From positions 928,001-992,000 of the forward strand of contig CAVXKA010000001.1 of NCBI GenBank assembly GCA_963762255.1: DNA of 64,000 nucleotides, in the 5' to 3' direction. Shown one piece after another: positions 54,907 through 64,000 of this stretch. The notes beneath the pieces are model-generated. The model saw only the letters and a program-made list of their open reading frames with translations. It ran no database searches and was not told where the DNA came from. Source of the DNA: Candidatus Eiseniibacteriota bacterium (GTDB lineage: Bacteria; Eisenbacteria; RBG-16-71-46; JABDJR01). The position numbers were made by a program, and so were the translations under genes. The number at the start of each line of letters is the position of its first letter. Position 1 is the stretch's first letter.

Positions 54907-57261
54907 CTACGCAGCGCGCTGTGAACCTGACGGCTCTTCCGCCCACTCCAAGTAGATCGACTCGTCGTGGCCGTCCCGCGGGAAGACCCGCTGATCCGCC
55001 TCGAGGGGGACCTGTGGATACGCCTCGCTCCACTCCCGCAACATGCGATCGCGAATCCCCTCGGGATTCTGATCGACCTCGGGGGAGAGGACGAAGCAGG
55101 TGCCGGCCTCCGGCTCGGTGATGAGATCCACGTCCCGCTTGCGCGCGAGGAGGAACTCCCTCAGGGCGGTCTGATCTTCGTCGTTGGTCTCCGCGGCGAG
55201 CCGGAACCGGGTGAGTGCGAACTCATGGCCGTACCGGCGTGAGCGCAACCACTCCTGCCGGGTGAGAAGGCGGAATCCTCGGAGATCGAACACCGCCTCG
55301 GGTTGCGGAGCCGTCGGCAGCAGAGCCGGCATGGACTGCGCGTCCTCGGCGAATCGCGGCGAGCAGAGTTCGCTGATGTGATGGCCGACCTCGAGGAGTA
55401 CGTGGACGGGAACCTGGGCCGGAGATCCGGTCACCTCATCGGGCGGGAAGAACGCGACGAGAACCCCCTCGTTGTCAGGGCTAATGACTCCGATGTAGGG
55501 AGCCGGACCAACCGGCGCCGCAGCATCGTCGGGCTCCGCGCCGATTCCCACCGAGGTGGAACCGCTCTCGTTCACCCATTGCACGATCCGGTCGAGACTC
55601 CAGCGCACCTGACCGAGTATGGCGATCGCCCGCGGCGACCGTGGCTCGGTGGAGATGGGACGGCCCCCGTTGCGGGGAATCCAGATCGCCACCTCCGCGG
55701 CAAGGTTCTGCAGCGCCAGCTCCAGTGCGGCGTGCGTGCGCTGCACCGGCGGCAGGGCAGCCAACTGGGGGATCTGGTCCGTTACCCGCATCTTGAGCTG
55801 GTACAGAAGTTCCTGAGCCACGACCCCCTCTTCGGTGGCGATGAGCTCTTCGGTGTGCGTGACCACTTCGCGCAGAAGGCGGAAGATGTCTTCTTCGCTC
55901 TCCGCCGGCACCGGCACGTTTTCGAGCACGATGAGCGCACGGGGCTCCTGAGTCTGGATAGGGATGCAGATCAGCGCCGCTCGGCGCTCCCCGCGTTCGT
56001 GGAAGGTACCGACGATGTGCACTTCTCCGAGCCGAATCATGGCCCCGAGGAAGCCGCGGTCGAGCGGCTGCGACGCGGGCTGCCAACTGGCGGCGCCTTG
56101 CGACGTCCCCGCCAAGCTCAGTCGTCTGGCCAGGGGCTCGACGATGAAGACGCGCGAAAAATCTGCGGCGAGAGTCCTCCCGAGGGAGTCCGCCACTCCT
56201 CGCAGGCGCGCGCCGAGGTTCTCGGGCGACGCCATGAGTTGATCCATCTCGATCAGCGCCTTCTCCCACCGATCGCCGACATCCGAGCCCGTGCCGACGA
56301 TCGCGGATACTCGATTGGCGGCTTCCTTGGCGAACCTGGCGAGAATCAGAACGGAGTCGTCGTCGAAGACGACCGGTGCCGTTTCCGCGATGACGGCGAG
56401 GATCCCGATCACTCTCCCGTCCCTGACGATTCCGACGGCGGCGGCTTCCGGCGATGCGAATTCCCCCCATGACTCGAGTGCCCCGGTTGGAGTGCGATGC
56501 GTGATCCGGGGGACACCGCTCATGAGTACTTCACGGCAGATGCCGTCGCCGATCCACCGTTCGAATGCTTCGATGTTCTCCGGGGAGATTCCCTCTCGCA
56601 TCAGCGCGTGCCACGCGCCGTTCTCTCCGCTGGGGAGCAGGAAGGCACCCCCGCTGGCTCGGGTCGCGTGCATCGCGAGCTGCAAGACGGAGTGAAGCTC
56701 CTCGGTGTCGTCGGGAACGTCGGGGATTTCCGGCGCGACTTCCGGGATTGCCGGCTCCGGCGCGACCGGGTGGTACTCCCAGAGCACCGCATCCAGCACG
56801 GGTTCCTCGTCAGGGGCCTCCACCTCGAGGAGAGGGGTTTCCACCTCGAGGAGAGGGGCCTCCACCTCGACGAGATCGGCCGCGGAGATCTCAAGCGGCT
56901 GCACGTCGAGCGTCTGCCCGCGTACCTCGCCGAGCGCCTCGGTCAGCGGGACGACTTCGATCTCGGTGCCATCCAGCACGCTCCGGGCGAGCGCCAGCAG
57001 CGAGGAAGGTTGGTCGTTGACGATCACGCGATCGCACCCCAGCAAGGGAAGCCGCTCCGGTGCCTCCATCGCGGGGATCTGCAGAATCTCGGCCATGCGC
57101 ATGACGTGGCTGTCGCGCGCGTGACCCACGACAAGCACGACCTCCCAATCCGCTCTCTGTGTATAGTGACTCAACACGTCGAGAGCGCAATCAGGCAGTT
57201 CAATGAACCCCAGGTTTCGCTTGCGACGAGGAGTCGCGGGTCCGTCCCCCGATGTGAACAT
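54907..57261 (-). CDS. Multi-GAF signalling protein with a degenerate GGDEF-like C-terminus
   Basis: GAF-like segments ('GRVIGILAV...FDDDSVLILARFA'); C-terminal 'QEWLRSRRYGHEFAL...RDVDLI' but no GG(D/E)EF. Confidence 0.65.
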   Translation of the reverse strand: MFTSGDGPATPRRKRNLGFIELPDCALDVLSHYTQRADWEVVLVVGHARDSHVMRMAEILQIPAMEAPERLPLLGCDRVIVNDQPSSLLALARSVLDGTEIEVVPLTEALGEVRGQTLDVQPLEISAADLVEVEAPLLEVETPLLEVEAPDEEPVLDAVLWEYHPVAPEPAIPEVAPEIPDVPDDTEELHSVLQLAMHATRASGGAFLLPSGENGAWHALMREGISPENIEAFERWIGDGICREVLMSGVPRITHRTPTGALESWGEFASPEAAAVGIVRDGRVIGILAVIAETAPVVFDDDSVLILARFAKEAANRVSAIVGTGSDVGDRWEKALIEMDQLMASPENLGARLRGVADSLGRTLAADFSRVFIVEPLARRLSLAGTSQGAASWQPASQPLDRGFLGAMIRLGEVHIVGTFHERGERRAALICIPIQTQEPRALIVLENVPVPAESEEDIFRLLREVVTHTEELIATEEGVVAQELLYQLKMRVTDQIPQLAALPPVQRTHAALELALQNLAAEVAIWIPRNGGRPISTEPRSPRAIAILGQVRWSLDRIVQWVNESGSTSVGIGAEPDDAAAPVGPAPYIGVISPDNEGVLVAFFPPDEVTGSPAQVPVHVLLEVGHHISELCSPRFAEDAQSMPALLPTAPQPEAVFDLRGFRLLTRQEWLRSRRYGHEFALTRFRLAAETNDEDQTALREFLLARKRDVDLITEPEAGTCFVLSPEVDQNPEGIRDRMLREWSEAYPQVPLEADQRVFPRDGHDESIYLEWAEEPSGSQRAA
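56812..56874. repeat. Three tandem 21-bp units
   Basis: AGGGGCCTCCACCTCGAGGAG x3 with few substitutions; encodes L(V/L)EVE(A/T)P x3 on the minus strand. Confidence 0.9.
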
Positions 57262-57464
57262 GGCGTGGTTCCCCCCTGAGGAGTCTTGAGTCCGATTCTG
57301 GAGCAGCGAAGCCGCTGCACACCCTATGCTTATCGGAAGTTCTGGAGCCGACATTTGGCGTTTTCTGGCGGTGGCTCGAGCTAGCTCAGTCCCGGCGATC
57401 CGCCGCCGATACCCTGAAGGGCGCGCTTCCCGGCGCCCAATCTCATGAGGAACTATCTAAGCGC

Positions 57465-58934
57465 ATGTCCGACATCAAATTACTGACGCGGGTCTCGGCG
57501 GAATCCCGAATTCCGCCGGAGAATCGCATCTTCGTCAACCGCAACCTGCGGATGGCCTCGGTGGAGGCCATCGGCTTCGATCTGGACCATACCCTCGCCC
57601 ACTACCGGGGGCCGGCGGTCGAGGAGATCGCCTTTCAACTGACTCGGGAACGGCTGGTCACGCAATTCGGTTACCCCGAGGAACTCCTCGCTGTGCCCTA
57701 CGACCGCAACTTCGTCATCCGCGGGCTCGTGATCGACAAGCGTCGCGGCAACATCCTCAAGATGGACTACTACAACTACGTGGCCCGGGGGTATCACGGC
57801 TTCCGGAGGGTGGGCGCGGACGACCGCAAGACCGCGTACCGGTCGGGGCGCGTCCGCATGAGCAGCGACGCCTACGTGAGCGTCGATACCCTCTTTCACC
57901 TGCCGGAGGTGTTTCTCTACGTGGTGCTGGTGGATCTCGTCGAAAAGGGAAAGGTCGGAAAGCACCGACGCCCCTTCGCGAAGATCTACGAAGAAGTGCG
58001 CGAGAGCATCGACTCCGTGCACCGCGACGGGACGCTCAAGCGCGAGATCCTCGGAAACCTGGAGAAATACATCCGCAAGGATCCGCGACTGCGGCTCGCC
58101 CTCGAGGAGCTTCGCGGCGGGGGCAAGAAGCTCTTTCTGCTCACCAACAGCGAGTACTACTACAGCGGGGCGCTGCTCAATTACCTCCTGGCTAACGGCG
58201 AGCACAACGGCAAAGTGGATTGGCGCGAGTTCTTCGACGTCATCGTGGTGGACGCCGGCAAGCCGTCGTTCTTCATCGATCTCGTCCGGGAGGCCGCCCC
58301 GGCGCGACCCGAGGAGCTTCCGTCGCCGTGTCCCATCTTCCACGGGGGGAACGCGCGGCAACTGGAGGAGGCCCTCGGTTTCAGCGGCGACCAGATCCTC
58401 TATTTCGGCGACCACACGTACGGCGACATCCTTCGCAGCAAGAAGAACCTTGGCTGGCGCACCGCCATGGTGGTGGAAGAACTCAAGGAGGAGATGGATA
58501 CCGCCCGAAAGATGCAGCCTCAGCTCGACGAGCTGAACCACTGGAAGGCGTTGCGCGGGGTTCTGGAATCCGACATCTCGAGCCTGGAGATGGAGGTGCG
58601 CCGGTTGAAGCGCAAGCTCGAGGCGGGTGAAGGCGACGAGGCCGTCGCCGCGAAGCTCAACAAGAAGCTGGAGGGGATCCAGACGCGCCTCACCGAACGC
58701 GAGGCCGAGCTCAAGGAGGTCAAGCGCGTGACTTCCGACCTCGGGGAGCTCATCAACAAGAGCTACAACCCGAACTGGGGCCCGCTCTTTCGCGAGGGGC
58801 AGGAAACGAGCCGCTTCGGCCACCAGGTGAAGGACTTCGCCTGCCTCTACATGACGCGGGTCAGCAACCTCCTCTACTACAACCTGAACCACTACTATCG
58901 CTCCGCGGTGGAACGGATGCCGCACGAGCTGTAG
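57465..58934 (+). CDS. HAD-IG family 5'-nucleotidase (cN-II-like)
   Basis: IFVNRNLRM, GFDLDHTL, RGLVIDK..GN, FLLTNS, KPSFF, YFGDHTYGDI, GWRT. Confidence 0.9.
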   Translation: MSDIKLLTRVSAESRIPPENRIFVNRNLRMASVEAIGFDLDHTLAHYRGPAVEEIAFQLTRERLVTQFGYPEELLAVPYDRNFVIRGLVIDKRRGNILKMDYYNYVARGYHGFRRVGADDRKTAYRSGRVRMSSDAYVSVDTLFHLPEVFLYVVLVDLVEKGKVGKHRRPFAKIYEEVRESIDSVHRDGTLKREILGNLEKYIRKDPRLRLALEELRGGGKKLFLLTNSEYYYSGALLNYLLANGEHNGKVDWREFFDVIVVDAGKPSFFIDLVREAAPARPEELPSPCPIFHGGNARQLEEALGFSGDQILYFGDHTYGDILRSKKNLGWRTAMVVEELKEEMDTARKMQPQLDELNHWKALRGVLESDISSLEMEVRRLKRKLEAGEGDEAVAAKLNKKLEGIQTRLTEREAELKEVKRVTSDLGELINKSYNPNWGPLFREGQETSRFGHQVKDFACLYMTRVSNLLYYNLNHYYRSAVERMPHEL

Positions 58935-59017
58935 TCGGCGGATTGAGACCGGTCACCAGGCGGACGGCAGGCGTTGTGCGGGGTCGGTCGCAGCGGCGCC
59001 GCGGCCGGTCGGGTCCA

Positions 59018-59548
59018 TCAGGGGCGCGCGACCACCATGTCGGGCGGCGGCATGGCCGCGTGCCAGAGCGGGCGCACTGCCAGGATCTCACCGGCGGCGT
59101 TGATCACCGCGACGCGGTCCTTCCCGGGCGCGCGGCCTTCGTCGGCGTGGACCTCGACCCATCCGTTGGGCCCGACCCTCAGGCGTTGCGTGGCGAGATC
59201 GAGCGCGGGCGCCGCCGCAGTCACGGGGATTCCGTCGGCACACGCCAGTAACGCGCTCACGCCGGTGCCGTGGAGGAGTTGTCTCAACTCGTTCATCTCG
59301 CGATCTCCCGCGAGAAAGACCGCGTAGAGCGCGGTGTCGGCGGGCGCAAACGACGTCGTCCGCCCGCGCAAGTCGGCGACCAGGAGCGGGCGCGCGGAGA
59401 ATCCCTCGCCGGTTGGGAAGGGGCTGTGTCGAAAGCAGACCGCGGGGGGACCGGCCTCCCAAGCAATGCGTTCCCCCGCGGAAGCCTGCGCTGCGATCAG
59501 CGCGAGCGGCAGGATCAGAAACGCCATTGAACGCGCGCCCGACTGCAT
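59018..59548 (-). CDS. Hypothetical exported protein
   Basis: Signal-peptide-like N-terminus (AQASA), G-rich SD; fills an otherwise empty interval. Confidence 0.55.
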   Translation of the reverse strand: MQSGARSMAFLILPLALIAAQASAGERIAWEAGPPAVCFRHSPFPTGEGFSARPLLVADLRGRTTSFAPADTALYAVFLAGDREMNELRQLLHGTGVSALLACADGIPVTAAAPALDLATQRLRVGPNGWVEVHADEGRAPGKDRVAVINAAGEILAVRPLWHAAMPPPDMVVARP

Positions 59549-59819
59549 CAATCCATTCCCCCCCGCTTGAAGCGGTACCCGTAGACGACACCCAAAGAGA
59601 AGCAGGATTGGTGCCAGTAGCTAAGACCATGAAAAAGCGGAGGATGGCTCCCCCGATAGCCCGCCGGGCGGCACCGAAGTTACCAGTGGAGGGACTTCCT
59701 TTCCACCGCTCCCGCATTTCGCGCGCCCGGCAAAGGAACCTGACCCAGAGATATCGCAGTTCCCGGAAAGCGCCGTTCCGAGTTGCCTGCCGCCTCTGTT
59801 AGCCTGCTCGGCCTGCACT

Positions 59820-59839
59820 CCCCGGATGATCATCCGGGG
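59820..59839. promoter_or_regulatory. Perfect 20-bp palindrome directly upstream of the kbl SD
   Basis: CCCCGGATGATCATCCGGGG. Confidence 0.45.
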
Positions 59840-59854
59840 TGACAAGGAGACCCG

Positions 59855-61039
59855 ATGGGCAAGCTGGAGTTCATGAGCGCGGAGTTGGAGCGATTGCGTG
59901 GCGAGGGTCTCTACAACCCCTTCCGAACGGTGACGAGCCCTCAGGGGGCGTGGATCGAGGCGGATGGACGACATGTCCTCAATCTCTGCTCCAACAACTA
60001 TCTGGGTTTCGGAAACGATCCGCGCCTTGTGGCTGCCGCGCACCGCGCCCTGGATTCGCGGGGCGTCGGCCCCTGCGCCGTGCGACCGCTCGCCGGGACC
60101 ATGGACCTGCACGTCGAACTCGAGGAGAAGCTCGCGCGGTTCAAGGGTGCCGAAGCCGCCCTTTCCTTTCAGAGTGGATACAACGCGAATGTCGGGGTGA
60201 TACCCGCCATCGCGGACGCCGCCGAGGATCTGATCCTCACGGACGAACTCAACCACGCCTCGATCATCGACGGGGTGAGGCAGACCAAGGCCCGCCGTGT
60301 CATCTACCGGCACAACGACATCGGGGACCTGCGCGCCAAGCTCCGCGAGGGGCGGGGCGCCCGGCGCACGCTCATCGTGACCGACGGAGTGTTCAGCATG
60401 GACGGCGATATCGCGCCGCTGCCGGAACTTGTCCTTGCCGCGGAGGAAGCCGACGCGATCGTCATGGTGGACGACGCGCACGGGGAGGGCGTGCTCGGCA
60501 GTCATGGCCGCGGCATCGTGGATCACTTCGGGCTGCACGGCCGCGTGGACATCGAGGTAGGCACGCTCTCGAAGGCGTTCGGCGTCGTGGGGGGATTCGC
60601 CGCGGGATCCCGCGTCGCGATGGAGTTCCTCCGCCAGAAGGCGCGCGCGTTCACCTTCTCGAGCGCGGCCACGCCGCCGGACGTGGCCGCCTGCATCGCC
60701 GCCATCGACATTCTCGCCGCCACCGACGCTCCCGTGAAGCGGTTGTGGGAGAACGGGGACGCGCTCAAGGAGGGGTTCCGCCGCGCCGGTTTCGATATCG
60801 GGCACAGCCGGACGCCGATCACACCGGTCATCCTCGGCGAAGCGGAGACGGCTCGGGAATTCTCCAAGCGCCTCTTCGACTCACAAGATGTCTTCGCGCA
60901 GGCGATCGCGTTTCCCATCGTCCCCCGCGGTTCGGCCCGCATCCGGTGCATGGTGAGCGCCGCCCATTCCCCCGAGGACATCCGCCGGGCGGTGGAGGCG
61001 TTCTCCGCGGTCGGGCGGGATCTGGGAATCGTCGGCTGA
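59855..61039 (+). CDS. kbl: Glycine C-acetyltransferase / 8-amino-7-oxononanoate synthase family (PLP)
   Basis: NLCSNNYLG, SGYNAN, DELNHASIIDG, TDGVFSMDGD, DDAHGEGVLG, GTLSKAFG, ARIR. kbl versus bioF is not strictly resolved. Confidence 0.8.
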   Translation: MGKLEFMSAELERLRGEGLYNPFRTVTSPQGAWIEADGRHVLNLCSNNYLGFGNDPRLVAAAHRALDSRGVGPCAVRPLAGTMDLHVELEEKLARFKGAEAALSFQSGYNANVGVIPAIADAAEDLILTDELNHASIIDGVRQTKARRVIYRHNDIGDLRAKLREGRGARRTLIVTDGVFSMDGDIAPLPELVLAAEEADAIVMVDDAHGEGVLGSHGRGIVDHFGLHGRVDIEVGTLSKAFGVVGGFAAGSRVAMEFLRQKARAFTFSSAATPPDVAACIAAIDILAATDAPVKRLWENGDALKEGFRRAGFDIGHSRTPITPVILGEAETAREFSKRLFDSQDVFAQAIAFPIVPRGSARIRCMVSAAHSPEDIRRAVEAFSAVGRDLGIVG

Positions 61040-61140
61040 TCCCCCAGGCCCCCCGGCTGACGCCCCCGATCCTGCAACCCCTCGACCCGCCGTCTCGTAA
61101 GGGGGAGCCGAGCCCATAGAGGCTCAGGGGGTTCGTGACC

Positions 61141-61398
61141 ATGTTGGAGCTGTTGCTCCTCGCCTTCGGGATTCTGGTTCTCGTGCTCGTCGCCAAGCTC
61201 GTCTTTGCGGTGCTGGGGCTGGCGTTCCACGTCATCCTCTTCCCGTTCAAACTCTTGGCCGGGCTCTTCCTCTTCCTGCTCTGCCTGCCGCTCCTGCTCA
61301 TCTTCGTGCCGCTGGCCCTGGTTGCGGCGGTGGGTCTGGGGGTGACGCTGCTGATCGGCGGGGTGTTCCTGCTCGTGGGAGCGCTGTTCGCTCTCTAG
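61141..61398 (+). CDS. Small, very hydrophobic membrane protein
   Basis: About 85 aa, almost entirely hydrophobic. Confidence 0.7.
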   Translation: MLELLLLAFGILVLVLVAKLVFAVLGLAFHVILFPFKLLAGLFLFLLCLPLLLIFVPLALVAAVGLGVTLLIGGVFLLVGALFAL

Positions 61399-61425
61399 CC
61401 TGCGTGCGTCGGCCGACTTCCGGGG

Positions 61426-63075
61426 TCAGGCCAGCATGGACGGCAGATAGCCCTCGGGCGGCGCGAAGCCGAGCAGCTCGAACAGGGTAGCGGCGACGTT
61501 GGCGAGCCCCGCCTCGGGCAAGTCACGCCGAAACTCGACCGGCCCGCCGTCGGCCCTGTAGATCCAGAAGCCCACCGGGTTGAGGCTATGGCTGGTGCGG
61601 GCCACCAGACTCCCATCCTCGTGCCGCTTCGGCTTGCCGCTCTTGTCCCGCTCGGCCATGTCGTCGGCGTTGCCGTGATCGGCGGTGACCACGAGCGTGG
61701 TCTTCGTTCGCTCCACCACTTCCAGGATGCGCCCCAGGCACATGTCCACCGCCTCCACCGCGATCACGGTGGGTTCGAACTTGCCCGTGTGTCCGACCAT
61801 GTCGCCGTTGGCGAAGTTGACGCGCAGGAAGCGGTGCCGGCCCGAATCGAGGGCTTCCAGAAGCCGGTCGGTGACTTCCGCCGCCTTCATCCACGGACGC
61901 TGGTCGAAGGGGACGTCATCGGAGGGGACCTCGGTGTAGGTCTCATAGGAGGGATCGAACATGCCGCTGCGGTTGCCGTTCCAGAAATAGGTCACATGCC
62001 CGTACTTCTGGGTTTCCGACATGGCGAACTGGGGGACATGGGCCGCAGCGAGGTACTCACCCATCGTGCGGTCAATGGCGGGTGGCGACACCAGGAAGTG
62101 GCGCGGGATCTTGAAATCGGCGTCGTATTGCGTCATCCCCGCGTAGAAAAGATCCGGGATCCGGCCGCGATCGAACTTGTCGAACTCGGGGCCTCCATCG
62201 AACGCGCGACTCACCTCCATCGCGCGGTCGCCCCGGTAGTTGAAGAAGATCACCGAGTCGCCGTCCTTCATCGGCGCAACCGGCTTGCCGTCGGCGCCCA
62301 CCACGAAAGACGGAAGGTACTGGTCGATGATCCCCGGCTCCTCGCGACGAAAGGTCCCGACGGCCTCGCGCGCGCTCGCGAACAGCCTTCCCTTGCCATG
62401 CACCTGCGCGTTCCAGCCGCGCTCCACCATCCCCCAGTCATTCTCGTAGCGGTCCATGGTGGTCTTCATGCGCCCGCCCCCCGAGGCGATGCAATACCGC
62501 CGGCCGCCCTTGGCGTTGATCTTCGCGAGAAGCGCCTCGAGCCGGTCCACGTAGTCGAGCGCAGAGGTCTCGGGGACGTCGCGCCCGTCGAGGAGCGCAT
62601 GCACGACGACCTCGGGGAAACCGTCGGCGTCGGCGCGGCGGATCAGAGCGGCAAGGTGCTGCTCGTGGCTATGCACGTTGCCGTCGGAGAGGAGCCCGAT
62701 GAGATGGAGCGCTCCCCCCTTGCTGCAGCGGGCGGCGATTCGCTTCCACGTCTCGCCCGTGAAGATGGCTCCGGTCTCGATGGCGGCGTTCACGAGGCGT
62801 GCGCCCTGCTCGATGATGCGCCCCGCCCCCATCGCGTTGTGGCCGACCTCGGAATTGCCCATGTCTTCATCGGACGGCAGCCCCACCGCGGTGCCGTGGG
62901 CGCGGACGGTCCGGTAGACCCCGATGCGGTGAAGCCGGTCGAGAACCGGGGTGCGGGCCTGAGCGACCGCGTCGGCTTCGTCGCCGGTGCCCACGCCGAT
63001 CCCGTCCATGATGACGAGCAGGACGGGGCCCGCGGAGGGGAGAACGCGATGCGAGGGCTTGAGCGAGAGACTCAC
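61426..63075 (-). CDS. gpmI: 2,3-bisphosphoglycerate-independent phosphoglycerate mutase
   Basis: IMDGIG, MGNSEVGH, SDGNVHSH, LDGRD, NYRGDR, ETQKYGHVTYF, NGDMVGHTG, TADHGNA. GTG start overlaps the OPT stop. Confidence 0.95.
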   Translation of the reverse strand: MSLSLKPSHRVLPSAGPVLLVIMDGIGVGTGDEADAVAQARTPVLDRLHRIGVYRTVRAHGTAVGLPSDEDMGNSEVGHNAMGAGRIIEQGARLVNAAIETGAIFTGETWKRIAARCSKGGALHLIGLLSDGNVHSHEQHLAALIRRADADGFPEVVVHALLDGRDVPETSALDYVDRLEALLAKINAKGGRRYCIASGGGRMKTTMDRYENDWGMVERGWNAQVHGKGRLFASAREAVGTFRREEPGIIDQYLPSFVVGADGKPVAPMKDGDSVIFFNYRGDRAMEVSRAFDGGPEFDKFDRGRIPDLFYAGMTQYDADFKIPRHFLVSPPAIDRTMGEYLAAAHVPQFAMSETQKYGHVTYFWNGNRSGMFDPSYETYTEVPSDDVPFDQRPWMKAAEVTDRLLEALDSGRHRFLRVNFANGDMVGHTGKFEPTVIAVEAVDMCLGRILEVVERTKTTLVVTADHGNADDMAERDKSGKPKRHEDGSLVARTSHSLNPVGFWIYRADGGPVEFRRDLPEAGLANVAATLFELLGFAPPEGYLPSMLA

Positions 63076-64000
63076 GGCGTCCCCTTCGCCAGCGCCAACA
63101 TGATCGGGATGAGAATGATGAGAATCCCCATCAGGCTCTCCCCGGCGATGAGCCCCGAGGCGACCGGGAATGCATAGAGAGCGTGGGACTTCGCGCTTAG
63201 CTTCTGCAGGAGCCACACGAGGAGTCCGCCAAGGAACATCGAGAACCCGTAATAGAAGTGGAACGTGAAGGCGAGGCCGAGTCCCATGGGAGAAGGAACC
63301 CACACGCGGTAGCGCGGCGGGAGGACGCGCGGCAGGAGCACCAGTACGATGCCCACCAGCCCGCCGATTACGAGGGCCACCCGTGCGGTTGGATGAAGTG
63401 CGTGCAGCCCCTGGGAAAGAAGTTGCGCGACCGAGGCCCAGACCAGGGCGGAGGGCGCGGGCCACCGGTCGGTGCCGAGGGAGTCGGCCGTGGGTACGAG
63501 CAGGAAGAAGATAGGCACCGTTACCGCCGTGCCGACGAAGATCCCGGCGAATTGGGCCAGGAACTGCTTGCGCGGGTTCGCGCCGAGGATGTACCCGCTC
63601 TTCAAGTCGATGAGCAGGTCGGAGGCGCTGTCGGCGATGCCGGCGGTGATCCCCGCCGCCATGAGGTTGACGCTCTTGGTCTGCATCGGAGCGTTGACGC
63701 GCATCGAGTGCGGAGTGATGGCGCCGTACATGAGCTGAGTGACCTTGCCCATGGCCCCGACCGGGGTGGTGTCCGTTTCGCCGGTCACTCGGCAGGCGAC
63801 CAACGCGAGGAAGAACGAGAGAATCACCGCGAGGAGCCCCATCCAGACCGGCATCGCGAACGCGAGGTATGCGATCCAGACGACACCGAAGGTGCCGATC
63901 AACGTTCCCGCGGCGAACCAGGATGGGGGCACCTCGATCCTGTCCATCGCATCGGCATCGCTGTTGCGAGTCCGCTCCGCGCGCGGTCGGACGAGCGCGG
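63072..64000 (-). CDS. OPT/YSL family oligopeptide transporter (5'-partial)
   Basis: GETDTTPVGAMGKVTQL, DLKSGYILGANPRKQ, PAPSA, SGLIAGESL. Confidence 0.9.
   Translation of the reverse strand, partial: ALVRPRAERTRNSDADAMDRIEVPPSWFAAGTLIGTFGVVWIAYLAFAMPVWMGLLAVILSFFLALVACRVTGETDTTPVGAMGKVTQLMYGAITPHSMRVNAPMQTKSVNLMAAGITAGIADSASDLLIDLKSGYILGANPRKQFLAQFAGIFVGTAVTVPIFFLLVPTADSLGTDRWPAPSALVWASVAQLLSQGLHALHPTARVALVIGGLVGIVLVLLPRVLPPRYRVWVPSPMGLGLAFTFHFYYGFSMFLGGLLVWLLQKLSAKSHALYAFPVASGLIAGESLMGILIILIPIMLALAKGTP

Noticed and set aside
56812-56874. Possible mini-CRISPR
   Set aside because: The units are contiguous with no spacers, are in-frame coding, and no cas genes are present.
61426-63465. N-terminally extended GpmI (679 aa), and similar extensions of tatD, the MFS, TIGR02757 and M6 ORFs
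   Set aside because: The extensions overlap neighbouring genes or lack coding character; downstream starts fit family lengths.
1-64000. tRNA, rRNA, IS elements, integrase, prophage, known anti-phage systems
   Set aside because: I recognised no cloverleaf, rRNA signature, transposase/recombinase motif or phage gene by eye. Small ncRNAs could have been missed without covariance searches.

Overview
GC-rich, densely coding bacterial chromosome segment with no rRNA, tRNA, CRISPR array, transposase, integrase or phage genes that I could recognise. Several clues suggest, by inference only, a Gram-negative FCB-group candidate lineage such as Ca. Eisenbacteria, Krumholzibacteriota or Latescibacterota: outer-membrane beta-barrels, three secreted proteins ending in a FlgD-Ig/T9SS-CTD-like domain, and lipoproteins ending in a 'TWGxIKxxF' tail. 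Housekeeping genes include tatD, rsmA, secD/secF, acpS, nnr, ogt, class II RNR nrdJ (with an NrdR box), rrf2-iscS, amrS, thiD, kbl and gpmI. The most unusual region is about 3.2-9.1 kb. There a beta-barrel gene is followed by a frameshifted lipoprotein and four tandem, mosaic paralogous lipoproteins with a WG-type C-terminal tail, interrupted by a putative toxin-antitoxin pair. Next come a probably inactive deacetylase with an apparent ATC start, secDF, and a DUF4159-DUF4175-TPR-GATase-like envelope cluster. Other points of interest: a HEAT/HD-GYP pair sharing an N-terminal domain, a TIGR02757-like protein with an EndoIII-like Cys motif, a Cys-rich secreted protein preceded by AT-rich inverted repeats, and recurrent D-S/T-x sequons. 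Three single-base frameshifts may be sequencing errors. All family assignments come from motif recognition by eye; no database searches were run.
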